This document shows, piece by piece, positions 58,372 through 64,000 of a stretch of 64,000 bases of DNA (position 1 is its first letter; each line of letters starts with the position of its first letter). Location: the NCBI RefSeq assembly GCF_009914755.1, contig NC_060927.1; one strand, written 5' to 3'. The position numbers were made by a program, and so were the translations under genes. Origin of the DNA: the human T2T-CHM13v2.0 reference genome, Homo sapiens. A model generated the notes under the pieces. The model had not been told where the DNA came from. It was given only the letters and a program-made list of their open reading frames with translations, and searched no databases.

Positions 58372-60278
58372 TCTTGTGTTACTGATAAATAGTTACGACT
58401 ATTTAGTTGTTAGTTTATTGAGGGCAAAGATTTTCTTATTTATGTCAAATTCTCTCTTCATAGCAGGGTACTTGAAAAGACCTGGCACGCAGTGCATATG
58501 AGAAGTACGAGGAGTGAAAAGAAGGGAGGACTAAGAATCCGAGACCGGCATGTGACCTGCTGGTGGAATCTGACCTGATGCCCTCTCCCAGAACCCATGA
58601 TGAAGATTCTCCTCTGTCACCACATTCAGGGAGGTGGCTCTGTGGCAAAGAGGGGCAGCCTCAGAAGATGTGTCTTAGGAGTGCGTACGGGATTAGCTAT
58701 TGTCCTCTGTGGCTGCCTTACATCAGCTTACAAGGAATATTGCACCTGGAAAAGAAGGTGAGGAAATGCTGAACTCAATGGTTTCTAAATCTCTGTGCTC
58801 CTGACATCTCTAACATTCCAAGACTATATCCAATTGTCTGTTGGTTAGATGCAGACAGCATTATTGATGCTTAATGATTTCATTAACAACAGAAGCCTCA
58901 TTAAAGTGCTAAAAATAAAATGCACTATTCCTTAATAACCAGTAAAATAATCGGAAATAGGCTTAATTCAATTTAGCTTTAAGGAATTGTAGGGCTGTAT
59001 AGCGAGCTGTGAATAATCTGCTTTAGATCACTGTAAAAGTGCTGTGTATTCAAATCGGGGAGAGAGAACATTTTAGTCTCATCAGTGGATATAGATTAGC
59101 GTGGTCATTAGCATGGCTTTATAAATCCACTGGTTTAGAGTTACAGAAGGCTAGAAGGTCACACGTTGAAATTTCTCGGAGTCCAGCCCATCAGAGCCAT
59201 TGCAGAAACAGTTTCGGAGTTTCCCATTGAACTCATGTGCCTTCTGCATTAGACTATTTACATTTTTGACACACATTGTGTCAGTCAAGTGAGAGAAGAT
59301 AGACATCAAGTGCTTGAAGGCCCTAATATACCATTTAGAAGGGAGCCTCCAGCTGTGGCAATGAAAATGTAAGGGAAGAATACAATCTTTTTTAAAGAAC
59401 CCTTTGAAACATAAAAGAAAAATTACAGTGTGCCTCACTGCTTGATTGTCTCCTGTACAAAGGCAACTGACACGGACTAGAGTCTGTGGCCTTGCAGCCC
59501 ACGTGCTTGCCAGATGATCTAAATTACTCAGGCTTGAAATGAGAAAACTGAGGCCTCATTTTCTATGTAGACGGATTCAGACATTTGGTTGTTTTCAATC
59601 AAAGTTCCATGCATGTCCCTCAGTCCTCTGTTCTCCCCAGCACCTTAAAACAACACAAAATAAAATCTGACGTGAAAAATGCTGTCTTGATTCTTGTTGA
59701 GCATTATCAGTTGAAAATGACAATCCTGACTTTCATAAAATAAAAATTTGTATAAATATGTTCCTGATGCTCATAATAATATTAAAACTGAGCTTTGAAA
59801 GTATCATTTCTAAGCTTGTAAATGGGATTTGCAATCCTTTTTCAGAATGTCACCAAATCTGAATTTGACCTGGATGTAATCAAGTGCTGCTAGCTGAACA
59901 TTCCTTGGGGACCTGACCATTCACATCTAAGTAAAACTTTTAGCTAGAGAGAAATAGCCCTACTCCATCCATTTAATGATAGTTGCCAACTTCCCTGAAG
60001 AAGTAAGATGCAACAGATGATTTTTACTCAGTGCACACTATTTTCAGGATGAGAGTTAATTTGTGTTACCAAATGCTATATTCCATCTATCACTTCCCTG
60101 ACTAATTAAGTCCAGATGAGCCTTACATGTGAGACTTTTTTTTGTTGTTGTTTAGTGGCCCTGACCAATATTTGAAATAGAGATATTTTGTTCATTTCAA
60201 TTCAAATGGGTGGGAAGCAGGTAACCAGCCTTCACTGAGTGCCTGTACAGTAATTTAAGGCATCACACTGTTGGCGGT

Positions 60279-60635
60279 TGATATGGCTTGACTGTGTCCC
60301 CACACAAATCTCATCTTGAATTGTAGCTTCCACAATGTCCACCTGTCTTGGGGGGAACCCAGTGGGAGGTAATTGAATCATGAGGGCAGGTTTTTCCCAT
60401 TCTGTTCTCGTGATAATGAATAAGTCTCACAAGATCTGATGGTTTTATAAAGGGCAGTTCCCTGGCACATGCTCTCTCGTCTGCTGCCATGTAAGACATG
60501 GCTTTGCTTCTCCTTCATCTTCCGCCATGATTGTGAGGCCTCCCCAACTATGTGGGATTGTGAGTCCATTAAACCTCTCTCCTTTATAAATTACCCAGCC
60601 TCGAGTATGTCCTTATAGCAGCGTGGGAATGGGCT
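60279..60635 (+). mobile_element. THE1 MaLR solo LTR
   Basis: tgatatggcttgactgtgtcccc...ccattaaacctct...ataaattacccagcctcgagtatgtc. Confidence 0.88.
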
Positions 60636-60644
60636 GTGTATTCA

Positions 60645-60826
60645 GCAGTGTTCTCAAAGTTCCATGTGCATCAGATCCTTTGGGTGTTTTGTTGTTAAAA
60701 CACAGATGCTAGTGTCTCTTCTCATAACTACAGAATCAGAATGTCAAGAGGTGGGCCTGTAGGTAAGTTGTGAAAAGCATCCAGGGAATACTGGTGGATC
60801 TGGGTTTATATTTTGAAAACACTGGT
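60645..60826. mobile_element. MER5A-like DNA transposon
   Basis: TIR-like ends cagtgttctcaaa...tttgaaaacactg; internal gttaaaacacagatgct...gaatcagaat. Confidence 0.65.
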
Positions 60827-63026
60827 TTATGATCTAAATAGAAGCTATCAGTGTGGAATAGTGAAAAAATGTACTGGTTTTAGAAGCAAATTACCTTGGC
60901 TCCATTCTCAGTTCCTTGGTTTGTTAACTGTTCTTTCCCGTTAAATGAGCATCTCTAAGCCTTAGTTTATCAGTAAAAACAAGGAGGGCCCAAAACAGTA
61001 TGTCTTTATGTTTAATGATCCATCTAGCAATATTACCAACTCATTTTGTAATGTTGTGTTTTAAAATAATATTGGTCTATTTTTTTTTTACTGGTAATGT
61101 GTTTTAAAATAATATTATTCTTTTTTTTACTGTTTTTAGAGCAAAAAATCTAGATTAAGGTAGTATTGAGAAATTTTCATTGAAATAGTATTGTTTACCC
61201 TACAGTGCTCTTTGATATACTGCAATTCTAAAGTAGATAACATGAAAATAAGCTCCACTTTTGATTGCATAGATTTGAAGTACAACATCAACAGCAATAT
61301 GATGTGAGCCAAGAATGGGCCCTATTACTAGTGAAATAAACAAACAAAAGAAAACAAACTGTCTTTGGCCCCAGACAGTATGGCATGGCTAAGAATGAAA
61401 ACAAAGTGTGTTTCTGTTGTATACAACACATCTGGGGTCTAAACCTTGTTTAAGGACTCAGATCCTGGTAATTTCTACCATCTATTCCCAACCTCAAAGT
61501 TAAATGTCAAAAGAGAAAGAAATTTATAAAGATATGCCCTTCTTTTTCTCAAAATCATACTCTTTAAACTAGTCCAAAGCAATATTAACTCTAGAGTTAA
61601 TAGCTTAATTTATTTTATTTCCTAACTGTGAACAGATTATTATTATTATATATTTAGCTGTTACAGTTGTTGTCAGAGTTAATGTCATGCATACCGCATT
61701 TCAAGAGGACTTAAGCTCCTTGAAAATTCCCTATTTGTAGATCCACTCCCCTTCCCAACACACACACATACGTACACACGATCACCACTTAAATAAAAAG
61801 AACATTCAGGAGAAAGACATTATTTGTGTATTATGTCCATGCCTGTCTATAGCAGAACATTTCATAATATGGATGGAATTTTATATACCATCTCTGCAAA
61901 GGTGACTTTCTATATGCAAGTTGGCAAGAGTGGATTTAGGAAGAGGTAAAGGACATAAGAATAATTTATGATTTCCAATGATCTTATCGATTTTGTTGAC
62001 TCTCCTTTGTTCTATGATATTTTCTAGTCTTTATTTTAATTTAGATCTTATCCAAAGGTAATACAAACGAGACCAATGACATTGTCTTCAGAATCAGAGG
62101 AGTGCAATACTAGGCACTTGGCAATTCATCTGTAGATTATTTTTGCACCTGCACAATTCCTTTCTGAATTACGCACTCACAGGCCTAATGCCATGCCTCA
62201 AGGGTAGATCAAGGTGTGCTCTGGCAGCAGTCATCTAAGTAAATTTCCCAGCACCTGCAAATATTAATTGTTAGTTGAATTTGGACAGCTGAGGTAGGCA
62301 AGTCCTTTTTTTCTCCTGTCTTCTTTTGCATGTGGTTCCAATCACAATTATGACTAACTAAATAATATCTGATATTAATCAATGCAAATTCACTTCTAGG
62401 TCGGGTTAGTTTCTACAGTATTGAAGAGGGGAAATAATATTCTTTTAAACTGGTGATTAAAATTAAGATTTATTATGGTTACCAAAGAGAAAAAATATTG
62501 TGTTAAACATCAATGATGATACAGTGTTTAAGAAGAAAATAAATAGTAAATTGCATACATAAATTCCTGACTAACATTGGTAACACTTTCAAGTTGAGGG
62601 GGAGACAAAGGTGAGGAGGTCAGAAGCAAATTCTGTAAGAAGACTTGAAACGTGACATTCGTTTCCCTGGTGCAAATGGTAAACTTGGTGCCTGACAAAA
62701 GTCAGTAGATTTTGGGTGACTATATCCGACTAACACCTGTTTAGGGGCAGGAAGATGTTGCACCTGAACCAACATCCCTTTTCTTAATTTTACTTTTGAT
62801 TTTCAGCACTCAGCAGAGTGAGTAGTGCAAATTAGAAACTCCATAAATATTTGCTGAGTGAATAAATAAGTCAATAAAGCAGTTCTACACTTTATTTTCT
62901 AAAGAAGATAATGAGATAAAGCCTGAAAGTATGAAGATGGAAGGTTCTCCTTCACTCTAAAGAAATGAAAATATTCCTCAACCTTTGGCTAGTATTTACA
63001 TCACTACCAATTCACATATAACAAGC

Positions 63027-63324
63027 TTTTTTTTTTTTTTGAGACGTAGTTTTGCTTTTGTTGCCCAGGCCGAAGTGCAATGGCACGATCTCAGCTCAAC
63101 AAAATCTCCGCCTCCTGGGTTCACGCCATCATCCTGCCTCAGCCTCCCAAGTAGCTGGGATTACAGGCATGCACCACCGCTCACTGCTAATTTTTAGTAT
63201 TTTTAGTAGAGACGGGGTTTCTCCATGTTAGTCAGGCTGATCTTTGACTCCCGACCTCGGGTGATCCGCCCGCCTTGGCCTCCCAAAGTGCTGAGATTAT
63301 AGGCATGAGCCACCATGCCCAGCA
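63027..63324 (-). mobile_element. Alu (AluSp-like)
   Basis: Poly-T plus reverse-complement Alu; TSD atataacaagc on both flanks. Confidence 0.92.
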
Positions 63325-64000
63325 ATATAACAAGCATTTTTTAAAATTAATTTTCAGTATGGGAAATAGGGTAGGGGACTGATATATTTTTCAGGAACCA
63401 GGCTAGGCATGCTATATGCACCGTTTCATGACATAGACATCATACCTCTCATTTTGCAGACTGTGAAACTGAGCACTGGAGAAGTGGACTAGCTAGCTAA
63501 GTGACACACTGCTGTTAAGTGACGAAACTACTTAATACTTTTTTAGGAATGGGACCCTTAAAAGGCAGGATAAGTAACTTTTAGAAATAACAGAAAAAAC
63601 GTTTTTGAATAGCTCATATATATTTTATGGTAAGCTACTCTATAATTAAATAATATATGCTTTTATTTTGGTTTTTGTTTTTAGTCCTAAAAATCCATGC
63701 TTTTAAATTAAATCAGGGTTCAAAAGTAAATATTAATGCATATATACATATAGATACAAGTAAAATAAAAAAGCAAATAGATTTTTAAGCAAGTCTAGTA
63801 TTAAAACATTAGATTCTGCATTTCATTCAGAAGCATGCACTTAGTATCAAATTATGGAATCTTAAATGGATAAGACTCACTGACTCTGTTGGGTTTAAAA
63901 AATGAGGATGAGAGATACTTGGAAGGAACGACCGTAGTAGGTCATAATGACTACCATAGAAATATGTGAATGGTCTGTGTAACCAGGAAATAGTGAAAAC

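Noticed and set aside
58840-59500. Unique-looking block as a possible ncRNA or enhancer
   Set aside because: No diagnostic motif or structure can be supported from sequence alone; conservation data would be needed.

Overview
This is human genomic DNA; a human-specific AluYb8 sits at 24840-25143. The window carries the 3' end of the Slit receptor gene ROBO2 on the + strand. There are three constitutive-looking cytoplasmic-tail exons (1320-1502, 3716-3889, 13548-13739/13748) and a cassette exon encoding a proline-rich CC3-type motif (11515-11787). A terminal exon (14898-~18806) contributes only 2-5 coding nt followed by a ~3.9 kb 3'UTR. The remaining ~45 kb is gene-poor intergenic DNA made largely of transposon relics: Alus, L1, L2, MIR, MaLR/ERV1/ERVL LTRs, a decayed ERVL provirus and Tigger/Charlie DNA transposons. 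I found no support for a wholly new gene or system. The most interesting signals are: (i) a modular, all-phase-1 splice architecture of the ROBO2 tail, with a splice-assembled stop codon and a switchable CC3 motif; (ii) a dense miRNA seed cluster that includes miR-218 sites; (iii) an exact 48-bp templated insertion flanked by an 18-bp duplication inside an ancient ERVL; (iv) a rearranged MaLR element with nested inverted repeats. Repeat subfamily names come from recalled consensus sequences, and boundaries of old repeats are approximate.
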